Assembly: GCF_006345805.1 (NCBI RefSeq)
Contig: NC_042997.1
Coordinates: 141,360,001-141,424,000, forward strand
Origin: Octopus sinensis
Lineage: Eukaryota
Direction of reading: 5' to 3'
Length of the DNA stretch: 64,000 nt
Part shown: piece by piece, positions 40,313 through 54,830 of the stretch
How positions within the stretch are numbered: position 1 is the first letter of the stretch
How the letters are laid out: each line of letters opens with the position of its first letter
Position numbers and translations under genes: made by a program
Notes under the pieces: generated by a model
The model's database searches: none
Seen by the model: the letters and a program-made list of their open reading frames with translations, nothing else
What the model was told of the DNA's origin: nothing

Positions 40313-40455
40313 TGTATGTATGTATGTATGTATGTATGTATGTATGTATTTTTGAGTGTATGTGTCTGCGTCTGAGTTCCCAATTCATTAATTATATACG
40401 TATGGATGTGAGTGTACATATATGTGAATGTGTATGTTGTGTGTGCATATATATA

Positions 40456-40493
<38 letters not shown>

Positions 40494-42698
40494 CTTGTTA
40501 GAGGGATAAATATGATCATACTTCTTCAATGTCCTGTTATTAAACAATCTCTAAAGACGATCAAAAGAAGTCAGATCTTTCGTTGATATTTTTTTCGTTC
40601 TTGCTTTTTCTTCTCACGACTTTCTTTTCTACTCTCTCTTCTTTTCAAAATATTTCATATTAAACGTCTGAAGGGAAAGACTTTATATTGAGATGTGGTT
40701 GTTGTTGTCGTCTTCGTTGTTTGAACTTTAGAGACGGAGATTTGTTACGTTCCTTCTTTGGCCTCCACTTTCATTTGATTTAGTCTAGAAAGTTTTCATT
40801 TCATTAATCAACAAGGGAATTTTCTTCTATGTAGTATAATATTTTTTCCTTGCACCTCTTAACTCTAATATCTAAATGTATCTAAATAGATTTACATGAA
40901 GTTTTATATTCTTTTTGGTGGTTCACGTAGAGATATTTTTAGACAGTATACACTACTAGCTTTGGAAGTGAAGAAATTGCTGACATAATATTTCCGTTAG
41001 AATATACAAACATTAAATCATGGAATTTCTCTACAGGATGTCCAGTTTCTATAAATTATTTAATTGACGCTCTCTAACCGAATGTACAAAAATACATTAG
41101 ATGAACTTAGTCAACTATTCTCTTTCCTGTTCGCACAATCTAAAGATTTTCTTAGCGGATTGTCTCGTTAAATTTAATCAGAACCTTTCAAAGAAAATCG
41201 TTTTTATTGACTCACAAGACAACGATCGCTTAGTTGCATTTATGTAACATTTTCAAACTTATAATTGATTTGCAAGCGTAAGTACCCTGTGTCTGGCTAA
41301 TTTGAATTACTATATAGTTAAAATAGCTTTGTCTTCTCGATTACTAATTTAGTTTCTCGTCTACTAAGACAAACGAGCGAGGTGGTTTAGATTTAACCCG
41401 ATATAGAAATTCAATTATCATGTAACTTGACTTGAAAAAGAAATATGTTACTTTAAAATGCTATGTTGAATGTCAGATAAATTGTTTTCTCTAATTTCTC
41501 TGTAAATTAAAACATTATGCAAATTAATGCCGAACTTATTCGTATTAAAACGTTCGCTTGGTTTATACTGTCGTAATTGTATATTTAAAAATATAATTTA
41601 AATATACTTTCATACACAAACTGTACAAAGTTATAGAATGGTAATAATTTTGTTTATGTTATATATCCATGCCAGAGTTATCAAACGTTCATATTTGAAC
41701 TGTATTGACTCGACCAAATGAGTAAAATCTAAATCCCGAACGTATAGCAAAATGTCCCAACTACGCACTCATTCAAAGATTAATTTATTAATAGCCATTT
41801 AAATCGTATTTAAATCGTCCAAAGAGCGGATAGCTGGAATGCCAGATGCAATTCGGCCACGTTAGGCCTTGTCAATGGCATATTCTCACAGCCAGCTGCA
41901 TGCTTAGGCGAGATTTGACGTTTCCGACATATAATAAAACAGTGAAAACACTCACTGATATTGCAAATAGTCACCCAGCCGAAAAAAGATCCGTTATATG
42001 CAATAGAAGCAGTACACGTTAAAATAGCCATTCACTACAGCATATGTGAAGTGACAAATCTCGTCCAAGTATTCAGTCGACAGTTAATACACGCCACTGA
42101 CAAAGTCCAACAAACTGAAATGCATCCGGCGTTCTCACGAGCGTCTGCTTGGACGAATTTGATCTCCTTTCCATAAATAATGAGGCATTTTAAACACAGC
42201 ACGTCCATAAAAGTTGTTAGCTCCAGATGAATGTCGCAGTAAATTTGCCTTTTGACGATGTATGTAGACTAAGTATGTTACATAGATGGTTATTTTGATT
42301 GAATACTGCTTCTCTTGTATATGAAGGATCATTTATTAATGTTTATCAGCGTCAAATCTAAAAGATTTTTCTTAAGAAATAAATAACATAAATAACGATT
42401 ATTATATACTTTTCTTCTATTTTTCTTAGGGAGACAAAATTAATAAACGCAGCAGATTTTTGTTAATCCTACGTGACAGCTGGGGCTGCATTTAATATAA
42501 AGTTTTAATGACGTCATTTTGATCATTACCAACAACTACTGCTACTACTACTACTATTACTACTACTACTACTACTACTATTACTACTACAAACGTATCC
42601 AGATATGAACAAGTACTACACTACCATTACGGTTTCAAAGAGAGGACTGGCTGGCTTGAGACGTTATTTTCTCTCATTTCTAATTAATTTATACTTTA

Positions 42699-43514
42699 CT
42701 AGCAGCACAGCCCGGTGTTGCCCGGGTATGTAAGAAAATTTGTCGATAAGCAATGCCCTTTACCTTTTTACCCTTTTTTGTACTCATTGAACCGTTATTT
42801 TGTAAAATGAGGCCTAAAAGGCATTAAGGCATTCAAGGCACCGTTCCCTTGCATGCATGAAGAAAACCTATGACAGTCAAAGTGCATTTTCTGGTTTTGT
42901 TTAGCACACCCAAACCAATCGCAAAAAAATCGATTTGCTATGTGTGCCACATATGATGTAATTAACCGATTTTTTCCAGTAATAACGTATCCTATTGGAA
43001 TCAAAATGGCCATATAGCTCCTTGGAGCAGACATGATGCTCGCTGTGAATTTTTTAAAAAATTCCTGCCAATTTGTTAAAGATATTGTCGAAAATATGTC
43101 ATCTTGAATTTGAACGCGATTTCCCAAAATGGCATGATTTTATCGATTTTTTCTGATGGTAAGGTATTGCATGGAAAACTAACGCCAGAATTAAGTTCCT
43201 TAGGGTAACATTAAGCTTCACCATGAGTTTGGTGAAAATGGATTGCAAGTTGCGAAAACTACAACGGAAAATGTGTTGCATAAGATAAGCTTAGATTCTC
43301 GACCCCATGTCGAATTTATCGATTTTTTTCAGAACTGGGGGAACTTTTCAAAATTTTCGCTGCGTTAGTTTTGAATTATGATATTGGGCTATGTGTTTCA
43401 AGTTTCATCAGAATCGGTTGAAAGCCGTGGTCAGGGTGAGGGTACAACCTGACAGACACACAGACACACAGACACACAGACAGACAGACAAACTGCCTTT
43501 TATATATATAGAGA
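42699..43514 (-). mobile_element. non-autonomous Helitron
   Basis: A^TC start, CCCGGGCAACACCGGG hairpin, CTAG^T end; 43297-43445 nearly identical to 4822-4978. Confidence 0.8.
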
Positions 43515-43760
43515 TTCCTTCATGACATCAAAAACGTTCCCCAGAAATGCGTCTTGAATAAAAAATCATATGTTTATGTGAGCGCAAAGGATTTAAAGGA
43601 AGAACGCTCGTAATGACTGAAAATAAAAACAATCATTAACGTTGATGAAAATACTTAGGCGATGAAAAACTGGAGAAGACTCTGAAATTTAAATTAAATA
43701 AATTTCAATGGAGTTACGTATCGGTTGGTGGTTGGTAGATATAATATTTGGTGAGTTTAC

Positions 43761-43935
43761 GGCAGCGAGCTGACAGACACGTTAGCACGCCGAGCGAAAT
43801 GCTTAGTGGTATTTCGTCTGCCGCTACGTTCTGAGTTCAAATTACGCCGAGGTCGACTTTGCTTTTTATCCTTTCGGGATCGATAAATTAAGTAGCAGTT
43901 ACGTACTGGGGTCGATCTAATTGACTGCCCCCCCA
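43761..43935 (+). mobile_element. SINE family B
   Basis: Matches 59178-59340. Confidence 0.85.
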
Positions 43936-44934
43936 AAAAAAATCAACTCTAGAAATCTTTCTTTAAGATTTCCTCAGTGAAATGGAGTCTAACGCATCCT
44001 TAGCAAATCTTAAAATAACTGAGAGGATAAAATTTGGTGCATGAAAATAAAACCATTCACTAGCTAGCTGGGCAATTGAGCATCTTCCGTTTTCCATCAC
44101 TTTAGTGACGTCATATTTCTGATTATTATGGAATCCCTAAACAACAAAAGGTTGCGGAAACAACATTCGAAGAGAAACAAATATATACAGATTCATGAAT
44201 TCACCAAAAACAATGGTGAATTTTAACATTTTACTTGCACATGCTAAGTAAAATAGACTTGGTTAAAACAGTGATAACTAATCAGCAAATGCGACAGATA
44301 GTCTTTGCAATAATTCCATATTTTATGCTCGACTTGCTGGAGAAAATTATGTGAAACGAGTTACGAAATTTAATACTCATATTTTCTGTACGAAGGCTAT
44401 TATCGTAAGCATGTAAAATATTGTTTTTGTAGAAAATGTTAACTAAATAATAGGATTTATTTACTGCAGTAGAAACCATTTTCTTCTACTGTGTGCAAAT
44501 GGACTGACATAACTATTCTTCAAGTGATTGCCCCAGCTCATTATTTTCGAATTTATTTTGCGACTCAAATGTTGCTGCCAAATATAGATCTGGTCAAACT
44601 AAAACAAAAATTTTAATGAATTTACTTGAAGCAGAATAAAGAAAAAAAAATACCTTTAAAGAATCATGAAGCTGAATAACCATTTTTAATCATTAAATAT
44701 GCATCTAATAAAAGAAACATGAAAACTTTTTTTAATGCTACATTATTTCCACAAACAATTTGGAATGCAATGACATTCTTATTTTATTCGCCCTTGAGAA
44801 ATCTGGTAAATTGTTTTTGCACTTGACAGATAAATATTGAATTTCTGATCGCGAATAATCTTCTAAAATTATTTTATAAATTAAAGAAATAAAAAATATG
44901 GAGAGGCTTTAACGGTAACGGTGTGCATATTTCA

Positions 44935-44994
<60 letters not shown>

Positions 44995-45069
44995 CGTGTG
45001 CGTATGCGCGGGTTATTACTGGGTTGAATGACATTAAACACTATTCTAGATGTACAAACTTTTGGAAGA

Positions 45070-45345
45070 CAGGAAAAATGTTTGACCGTATCTGTTATGC
45101 AACTCTTCAGGATAAGCTATTTGCCTTATAGGCTTCTTATGTCTGTTATCTTGGATCGAATCTGCCTGTGGAACTACACCATGACAGCGTATGTGGATCC
45201 GCCCTTCTCTTATCTACACTGTATCAATACTGGTATTGTTCCATGTTCGGTTATGTTCCCCATGATCTTTCTCTATATATGCAACTTATATGCGGTCGTC
45301 TCCAGCAACGCCTATTCCTACGATCATGATACCATTTGTCGTTTC
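45070..45345 (+). pseudogene. CR1/L2/Crack-type LINE RT fragment
   Basis: KMFDRICYATLQDKL ... CINTGIVPCSVMFPMIFLYICNLYAVVSSNAYSYDHDT, matching KAFD / GVPQGSVL.P.LF..YINDL / YADDT. Confidence 0.7.
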
Positions 45346-47719
45346 TGTCTTAAACCTGCACTTCCTCCTTAAGCAGATATCTAGAAACCATTTATAAATC
45401 AATCTTGTCTCTGCCTATAGAACAAAGACACAATCACTACACGTGCCAAGGAAACATGCTTTCTCCCACTATTCCTGGCCGTGGACATCACACAATTAAA
45501 AATTTCCAAAATCACTACAATTGCTAGGCCTCACAAACATTGATAATCACTCTCCTAACAATCTCACAACTGTGACATAGCAACTGAAAGCTGGATTCTA
45601 AAAGTTTGCCTTGCTCTTCAGGACACACAAAATAATTTAGCTCCCAACACTCACTAACTCACAGCACAATAGACTACTGTCCCTGCTGTTGCTGCTGCCG
45701 CTGCTGTGCATATACAGATTCTAGAATGCGACCACATAAGGATCACACGTGATTAGCATGCAATCGCTCAAGAAATTATTGTCTATAGGATGTATTGTCT
45801 CCTGACTTTGCCTTTTCTAGTGCTAACACAGCTGTTTCTACCCACTTACACTTATAGCTGGCTGGTTATCGTTTCGCCTCACCCATACTCACCTAACTCA
45901 CTCATCTCTTTCTTTATAGTCTTCATATTGCTTCCGCTCCCCACTAAATACAGCATTAACCAATTTCTCCAATAAATCCTCCCCTAAACATACACCCTTC
46001 CCGGGTTCCTCATAGTTTTAAGATTGTTCAAGAAAAAGGTTAGCTGCATCGATCCAATTGTTTTGGTTAACCTGTAAGGTGCATGGATACAGGCATATTT
46101 CCTAAACAATCCATTAAAAAACTGAAGGAGTTTTATGTGAAACACATTTTATCAGCTGCTTTGAACAGTCGAGGAAAGGTCAAAGACTGGAAACTTCAAG
46201 ATATATTTTTTTTTTAAATTGAGCATAAACAAAACTTGGATTCATCTCAAATTGAAAAAGGAAATTATGAAGGGTATTAATATCAGCTATTTGCGGGTGA
46301 AAACTCACTCGATGAAGAAAGCGATACTTAAATAAGTAATGACAGGTTTGCCTCATGAGAAAGGTAATCCCAAGGAAAAATTCAAAACTTATTTGAAGTT
46401 TTCTAGTCATTCAAATAAAAATAATGCATAGAGAATTACGTAACTCATGTTTTCTATTCCGTAATTTCACTAGTTCTGAGCAAATATTAATATAATATTG
46501 CTGTAAAGAATAGGAAATTTATAAGCTTAGCTTAGCTACCGCTCAGAGAAAAATACAAAATAACTTGGAAGATTTTTCAAAAATTTAAAACATGAGCTTG
46601 AATTTTAAAAACAGATGATCTGATATCTCAATCAGCTCATAAATAATCACAATTAATTATCAGTGAAAGAGGAAACCCCGTTGAATGGAGACATGTCTGT
46701 AACGTAATGAAATTTTCAACACAAGCCAATTCTGCTGCACTGCTAAATACCTTCATAACAACGGTTGAGCCGTAAAGAATGGAGCAACGTTAAACCAAAT
46801 GTCTTATCGTATTGAATTTCTTCCCTTTATATCTCTGCATTTAAATATCTCCGACATCGACAAAATAAGTGCCTGTCATATATTGGACTTTATTCAATCC
46901 ATTATATCCATCACGTACAAATGTATGGCTTTTGTCAATGTAAAAAACTATACATATGTTTGCTTTGTCTATATCAAATCCGCTGAAATATTTTAGAAAG
47001 ATTAATTTAAATACAGATGCCATATTCTTCAAAATAATTTTTTTAGAACAATTGATTAGGCTAAGTACTATCTTTGACGTCGTCAGAATGTCTGCATTTG
47101 AGTATAATCTTGTTCTTTTCCATTTGTCATTTTTCTTTATATGAAGCATAATTCAATAGAAAAGTCAGTATTCCAAATTCTCTTCTCGTTGCTTGGAAAA
47201 CGAAAAAAACAGTGGGGTTAGGAATTTCAATATTGAATTTAAATATTGAATTCCAATATCTCGAGGGATTCAGAGGTTAAAAACTCATCAACTTAACTTC
47301 AATTCTTTGCTAGAAACATTATACGTTACTTTTGTCACACATTCGCAAAGCATGATAGTTACCAATTCTCGTTTCCACCGTTTTAAAAGTACATTTTTGT
47401 GGATCCTGGGGAAATATTTATCTAATTCCAAAATATTTCTTTTTCTCTTTTTTCTATTAATTTAGTTTCTTAAACAGATTTCATATAGACATGCAAATTT
47501 AGTTGATTGTTTTTGTTTTACAGGAAGTGAAATGCAAATATTAAACTCGTATGGTATTCCAAGAAGAAGAATTAAGAAACATTTCTAATTAACAGTCGGA
47601 ATAGGTTCACAGACGTGTGTCGTCAAGAATCTACATTTTGCCACAAGGTGAAATAAGACAAAAACATATACGCACACATTTTACTAAACTCATACTTCAT
47701 AAATGTATGTGTAACTACG

Positions 47720-47784
<65 letters not shown>

Positions 47785-48422
47785 CTAGCAGTATCGCCCG
47801 GCGTTGCTCGGGTTTGTAAGGGAAATAACTATATAAGCATTTTTAGAGAGTTATAGCCAAAAAATAGCAAAAAATGCATTAAAAATGGAAAAAAATATGA
47901 TGGTAAATTTTTTGAAAAATCGTTGACTCATCGTAGACATTTTTAGAGAGTTACTTCCCTTATATAATAGCGAAAAAATGCATTAAAAATGGAAAAAAAA
48001 CGATGGTAAATTTTTTTTAAATCGTAGACTCATGTAGACGCTTTCTTAGCCATTTCTGTTTTGGTGTCTTCAAGCCATGAAGTCGTTGTTCTAAAAGAAT
48101 ACTGGTCTCCTTGACAACGCATTACGACGTTGATTTCCTTACACTCCCTTCCTCACAGGTGCAGGTGTGAGCGTGGACGCCAACTCCGCCGCCATCGACA
48201 CACGAAAAATTATGCATTAAAAATGGAATAAAAAATGATGTTAAATTATTTTTAAATCGTAGACTCATCGTAGACGCGCGCTAATATTCAGACGGGCTTG
48301 ATATGAATCACGACTATAAGCTACCCGAATTTGGTTAAACTGCACCGCAAAATGTGGGAGTAGTTAGGAATCTAAATCGAAGGGGACAGACACTCACACA
48401 ACTACAGTTTTATATATATAGA
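47785..48422 (-). mobile_element. non-autonomous Helitron
   Basis: A^TC start, CCCGAGCAACGCCGGG hairpin, CTAG^T end; 47785-47875 nearly identical to 4661-4750; internal tandem subrepeats. Confidence 0.8.
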
Positions 48423-48559
48423 TATACATAGCGCAGTAGTGGTGAGATGTGACAGCAAAGAAAAGCATACATTCACTCTCTGCATGCAATTAGACTCGGA
48501 AAGTTCGTGAGGAACCCATTGACCCAATTTGCTGACTTTTACGATAGCACACAGGTCTC

Positions 48560-48830
48560 AATGAATGGTTGAATGATCAAATCCAAGCTTCTCTGCTAGT
48601 TCCTCAACAGTTACGATGAGATTTTGGTTCCACCAGGGTTTTCAGGATGTCCTTGTCGAGTTCTACAGATCTTTCAGGATGAGGCTCGTCTTCTAGGCTG
48701 TAGTTTATGGCTCGGGATTTCTGGAACCACCATTGACACTGCCTTACGCTTATTGTCCAATCCCCATATACTGCATTAATATTTCTTGTACTTTGCACAC
48801 ATTTATATTCTGTTATTCTTTTATATGTTT
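48560..48830 (-). pseudogene. mariner transposase N-terminal HTH fragment
   Basis: STRNINAVYGDWTISVRQCQWWFQK..NYSLEDEPHPERSVELDKDILKTLVE. Confidence 0.75.
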
Positions 48831-49498
48831 CAGCCTTGAGGTTGTGGCCATGCTGGATCATGTGTGTGTGTGTGTGTGTCTATCTGTCTGTCTGTCTGTA
48901 TGTATATATGTATATGTATGTGTGTGAACAATAATATTTTCAACAGATGTGTTGCAAATGTATCTGATTGTTCTCAAGCTTCAATACTGTGTGTGTGTGT
49001 GTATGTGTGTGTGTGTATGTGTGTGTGTGTATGTATGTATGTATGTATGTATGTATGTATGAGTGTATGTTTACTTTATTACTAACACAAGCTCTCGCTA
49101 TTTACTCTCTTCCAAGAACATTTTCACTCACTCTTAGCTCTTAGCTTCCCATACATTTTACTCATGTATCTATCAGCGTCATAGACAGAATACTTTCAGT
49201 TTAGTCTTCCTCGAATCACTCTGTCGCTATTTACTTTCATTTCATTCGTTGCCCACTGTGTGTGTGCGTTTGCGTGTGGTGTAAACCAGACTAAGAAAAG
49301 CATTTGACACACACACCAGAATGTGAGTTTTCTGTAAATTTTGCTTAATTGGAGTTTAAATTTTAAAAACTGGACCTGGCATGACGCGAATCATTGTACT
49401 CTTAAAAATGCTAGGTAAATTGTAATTGAAGAAATGCTATATTGTAGATTTGTATAACTCCCAAAGGGAGGCAGATAAAATCTGCCTTTTATAATAAG

Positions 49499-49529
<31 letters not shown>

Positions 49530-50116
49530 CATGTATATACATATATATATATGCATACATATACATACATACATATATATATATACATATATATACATGT
49601 ATACATATATATTACTTTACTCTTTTACTTTTACTGGCTTCATTCATTTGATTGCGGCCATACTGGAGCACCGCTTTAGTCAAACAAATCGACTCTAGGG
49701 CTTATTCTTTGTAAGCCTACTAAATATTCTATCGGTTTCTTTTGCCGAACCGCTGAAATGCGGTGACGTAAACACACCTACATCGGTTGTTGAGCGATGG
49801 AGGGGGAAAACAGAGACACAAAATACATACATAAACATACCTATTAACGGTCTTTATATATATAAATATATTATCTTTTATCTTTTACATGTTTCAGTCA
49901 TTACACTGCAGCAATACTGGGACACCACCTCGAATATTTAGTCGAATGAATCGACTCCAGAGATTAATTTTTATTCCTGATACTTATTCTACAGGAGTCC
50001 TTTGACGAACCGCTAAGTCACGGGGACGTAAACTCACCAACATTGGTTGCCAAGTGATGAATGGGGGACAAACAGAGACACACACATACACATACACACA
50101 TACACCCACACACACA

Positions 50117-50162
<46 letters not shown>

Positions 50163-50256
50163 GTGTGTGTGTGTGTGTGTATGTATTATATATATATATA
50201 TATACGACGGGCTTGCCACACATCCACTCCTGTGCATGCATTTATTTATATATAGA

Positions 50257-51138
50257 TAGGTTGCAATAAGTAGATTGTCCTGTTTTATATTTTTAAGTTT
50301 GCAAATGCGTATTGTTTGTTTTTGATTTTGTCGACTACATAGTAACATAGGGTAAGTTGATCACCGTCTCTAAGAAAAACAGCTCCATGACGCAATTCAC
50401 TCTGCCAAAAATCTGGAAACAACATGCTATACTGCTCGGCATTAGCGTCAGGAGCTCCAATACAAAGAGATTGTGAACACACAGAACAAACTTTGGCTTG
50501 CCGTGTCCCGAAAACATGTACCGAGAGTGATAAAAATCAAACATCAAGTCAATATCATGGTGTTTTGCGTGGTCACTAGTGATGGCAACGTTATGCCTCC
50601 ATTCATCTTCCCACACGGCCTCACACTCAACACGGAGATCTACATCAAGTGCCTGGAGGAGGTAATGCTGCTCTAGATCAAGAGGGTGGCTGCTGGAAGA
50701 CCCTATATCTGGCAATAGAACTCTGCACCATGCCACACAAGCAGGACAACCCAGTCATGGCTGTCAGAAAATTTCTGCGATTACGTCACTCCTAACATCT
50801 GGACATGTAACTCCCCAGACTGCAACCCTCTTGATTATTATGTGTGGGGAGGGGCATTTGAGCGAGAGACTAACAAAACTTATTGTAACACGAAAGATGG
50901 ATTATGGTAGCATTCACCAACGTAAATAAGGAGTTTGCCCAGAAGAGTTGCTGGAAATTTCGAAATCGTCTGGAGTCCGTGGTTGAAGCCAATGGCGATT
51001 TTATGGAATATATTTATTTACTATTCAGTATTTCAAGATATTTTTATGTAATTTTGGTGAATATATCCGTTAAAATGAGATGTCAGTGATATTTTCATTT
51101 TTGCGTAATTTAGAAGACAATATATTCACTGCATCCTG
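50257..51138 (+). mobile_element. internally deleted maT (DD37D) element
   Basis: MTQFTLPKIWKQHAILLG joined to NTQNKLWL..IMVFCVVTSDG..; 37 residues between the (D/N)SAP position and the D of NPLDY; imperfect TIRs, TA at right end. Confidence 0.88.
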
Positions 51139-51213
<75 letters not shown>

Positions 51214-51399
51214 TTATGTGTGTGTGTGTGTTTATATTTATGTATGTATGTATTTATGTATATACGCACACACAGTAATCCCTTGCCATATCGCGGTTTA
51301 TTATATTATAAAAGTTTACGTGGTGTTGTTTTGCATTTATAATAAAATATATATATACAAATTATAAAAATAATTTTTAAATATACAGTACTGTTCCTT

Positions 51400-51880
51400 C
51401 TTCACAGATTTCCACCTTGTCACAACCTCCTTCATCTTAAAAACGACTGTCCCTGACGTTCTCCTTCAGCTTGGGGAACAATCAAAAGTCTCAGGGAGTA
51501 ATGTCTGGACTGTAAGGAAGTGAAGGATAATTTTAATGCTCGTCTCTGTCAAGTAGTCTCTTACCAGGATTGTTTTTCGCATGGTTACGTCTTCATGAAT
51601 AATTTTGTGCATCGTTGTCTCCTCAGCTCCATTCTGTATGCTTGTTACCTCTATAGTCACAGGACAGTCTTCAACCAGAGAACTTTCTCAACCTGAGAAC
51701 TTTCTGACATCCCTATCCCTCGCATCTCATTGTCTCTCATCTCCCCTCTACCGTCCTTGGACGCATTGTGTCAGCACAAGAGTCAATCCATTAGCAGTCT
51801 GGAGCATTTCATAAATTTCTGTAGCATTTTTTCCCAATTTAATGTACAGCGAGCTTCCAATCGTCCCGACTGAATCCTCC
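51400..51880 (-). pseudogene. internally deleted mariner transposase relic
   Basis: KLGKNATEIYEMLQTA, TMHKIIHEDVTMRK, SPDITP*DF..LFPKLKE (frameshifted). Confidence 0.7.
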
Positions 51881-52159
51881 AAATTCGTCAGCTATGACAA
51901 ATAATTTTCAGTAGGGTGTGTTCAAAGTGATGTTACAACTGCCTTCTTCAATCTAAAATAACAAATGTTGGCAGGTCAGCTTATTAGATGTATGATACTG
52001 ATATATTAAAATTTCAATAAACTAGAACACTCATAACTACTTCTCCTAAAAGCATACACAAAAATTGTGGAGTGCAACTCACTTATGAATGTATAGGCGT
52101 GTGTGTGTGTGTATGTGTGCGTGTGTGTGTGTATCTATGTATGCATACGTACTTGTATG

Positions 52160-52196
<37 letters not shown>

Positions 52197-52273
52197 AAAA
52201 ATATAGAAATATATATATATATGTACATGTATGTATATATATATATATATATATATATGATATTGATATGTAA

Positions 52274-52405
<132 letters not shown>

Positions 52406-53426
52406 ATCTCTGAAAGTGAGATACAGAAGATATTTATTTATATGTTTGAGATGTCAACAAATCAATGTTATGTAAATGAATGTCAAGACATTGTGATGCC
52501 GTACAATATCAATGCGTTGGTTTGTTCAAAGAGTTTGTTTTTATTGAAATGATAAAATAAATATTGCATTTTCAAAGAAATGCAAGAATGGTTTATACAG
52601 AAGCATTAAAATGGATAGCAGCTGTAACCTATCGATTTCTCAGAGAAATATTGAATTCCTGATCACGAATAGTTTTTCTAAAATCATTTTATAATTTAAA
52701 GAAATAAAATATATACAGAGAAGCTTTAAATATGCATATTTCATTTCGGGGGTCGAGGTTGACTGGGATTAAGCAATATTCTAGATGGACAGATGTTTGA
52801 GGAGAAGCTAACAAAAAGGAATGAGGAACAATAATACTGTAGAGTAAGTGAAAATTGAATAAACTGGTTTTCAGTGTGTGCATAGTTTTCAAAATACGAC
52901 TGAGATATGTAAAGAAATTACAGATATATCATTTGTATACGAGAACAGATGTTTTGACGTAGAAAGTGATAAACAGGAGGAAAAAGAACAACTTATGAAA
53001 TAGTGAGAGTGAGTTACTTAAGAGAAAAGTTTTCCCTCCATCTCATTGATTTGTTTACAATGTTCGTTCATATTTCTAGAACGATCTCACATATTTTATG
53101 CAGAGAGTTGAAAAACTTCAAGTAACTGAAATTATTAATGCAACTGGAAGACAAAATGCCTCACAAGTGATAACTAAAATCTAAAAACAACATACAAAAG
53201 ATAAGATAACCCTGGTAATATTTAACATTTGGGAGTCAAACGAAATTGTGTATGCCTAAATGTCAGCTCAGCTACAGTTGGAAACTATGAGAGAACGTGT
53301 TTCGTTTTGTTTGTTTTTTTAAATTTTCAAAACGAGGTTACATCACAAACATATAAAATTGCTTCAATTATCTCATTAACCACCATTTCATACTTTATAA
53401 GAAGTATGTATAGAAACTTTTATATA

Positions 53427-53588
53427 AAGGTGCAAGTGTGGCTGTGTGGCAAGCAGTTTGTTTCCCAAGGATATGATTCCGGGTTCAGTTTCATTGTATG
53501 GCACCTTGGGTAACTTTCTTGCAATAGCCTTGGACTGACCAAAGTCTTGTGGGTGGATTTGGTTGACAGAAACAGAAAAAATCCCGTC

Positions 53589-53636
<48 letters not shown>

Positions 53637-53768
53637 GGGGGGAGAGGCAGAGATAGAATGTACCATTGTGTTTGCATTTGCCTTCCACCACCGCTTTGAC
53701 AATCGGTGTTGGTGAGTTTATATTCCTCTTACTTAGGGGTTCGGCAAAAGATACTGATAGAATAACTA
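53427..53768 (+). mobile_element. SINE family C with internal (TA)n/(GA)n
   Basis: GTGTGGCTGTGTGG A-box-like, GGGTTCAGTTTC B-box-like, GGCACCTTGGGTAAC core-like. Confidence 0.75.
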
Positions 53769-54037
53769 TATATATATATATATATACATATACATAAACA
53801 TGTTTGTATGTATGAATGTATGTATGTAAGTATGTATGCATGTATGCAAGTATGTATGCATGTATGCACGTATACATGTATGTGCTTGTATATGTAATAG
53901 TTTAATGAAGATGACAAAACTGAAAATTCGAAACCTCTGAGAATATTTGTTTAAGAGTTTAATAAATTTGGAGCCTACTAAAAGGCATAGAATAATCCTT
54001 TAGTTTAATGATATATTGTTTATATAAAAGCCACCCT

Positions 54038-54071
<34 letters not shown>

Positions 54072-54171
54072 ATAAAGGTGGCTTGTTAGCAGTTTTTCAA
54101 CCGTTCTTGTGGCTATGAGTCGCTTTGACACTTATTCCTGAATAGCCCTCTCAGTCACTTAGTGACGTATG

Positions 54172-54295
<124 letters not shown>

Positions 54296-54364
54296 GGAGT
54301 AAACACATAAATGTGAAACAAGGTGGAAAAAAGAGTACTCAAATACCAGTGGTAGAGTAATATG

Positions 54365-54452
54365 CTTTATTTAAAGCAGCAGAAAATTCAACAAAATCTG
54401 TTACAAATCTGAGTAACAGATTTTGTTGAATTTTCTGCTGCTTCAAATAAAG
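54365..54452. repeat. 40-bp inverted repeat (8-nt loop) ending a short element between (TA)n arrays
   Basis: 54365-54404 vs 54413-54452, one mismatch. Confidence 0.85.
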
Positions 54453-54471
54453 TATATATATATATATATAT

Positions 54472-54747
54472 GTGGCTTAGTGGTTAGGGCATTCGGCTCA
54501 CGATCATAAGGTCGTAAGTTCAATTCCCGACAACGTATTGTATCCTTGAGCAGGACACTTTATTTCTCGTTGGTCCAGTTCACTCAGCTGGCAAGAATGA
54601 AAAGTACCTGTATTTCAAAGGGCCAGCCTTGTCACACTCTGTGTCCCGCTGAGAACGACGTTAAGGGTACACGTGTCTATGGAATGTTCAGCCACTTGTT
54701 AATTTTACGAGCAAGGATACTCGTCGTCGTAACCGACGGAGTGCTCC
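54472..54747 (+). mobile_element. tRNA-derived SINE, head B + CORE-like + tail X
   Basis: TGGCTTAGTGG / AGTTCAATTCC boxes; TCCTTGAGCAGGACACTTT core-like; GTACCTGTATTTCAAAGGGCCAGCC..CGACGGAGTGCTCC shared with 972-1154. Confidence 0.85.
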
Positions 54748-54757
54748 TTATATATAT

Positions 54758-54830
<73 letters not shown>

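Noticed and set aside
46841-47149. 102-aa minus ORF (and 44282-44479)
   Set aside because: AT-rich, no recognisable motif, stop close upstream; consistent with chance ORFs.
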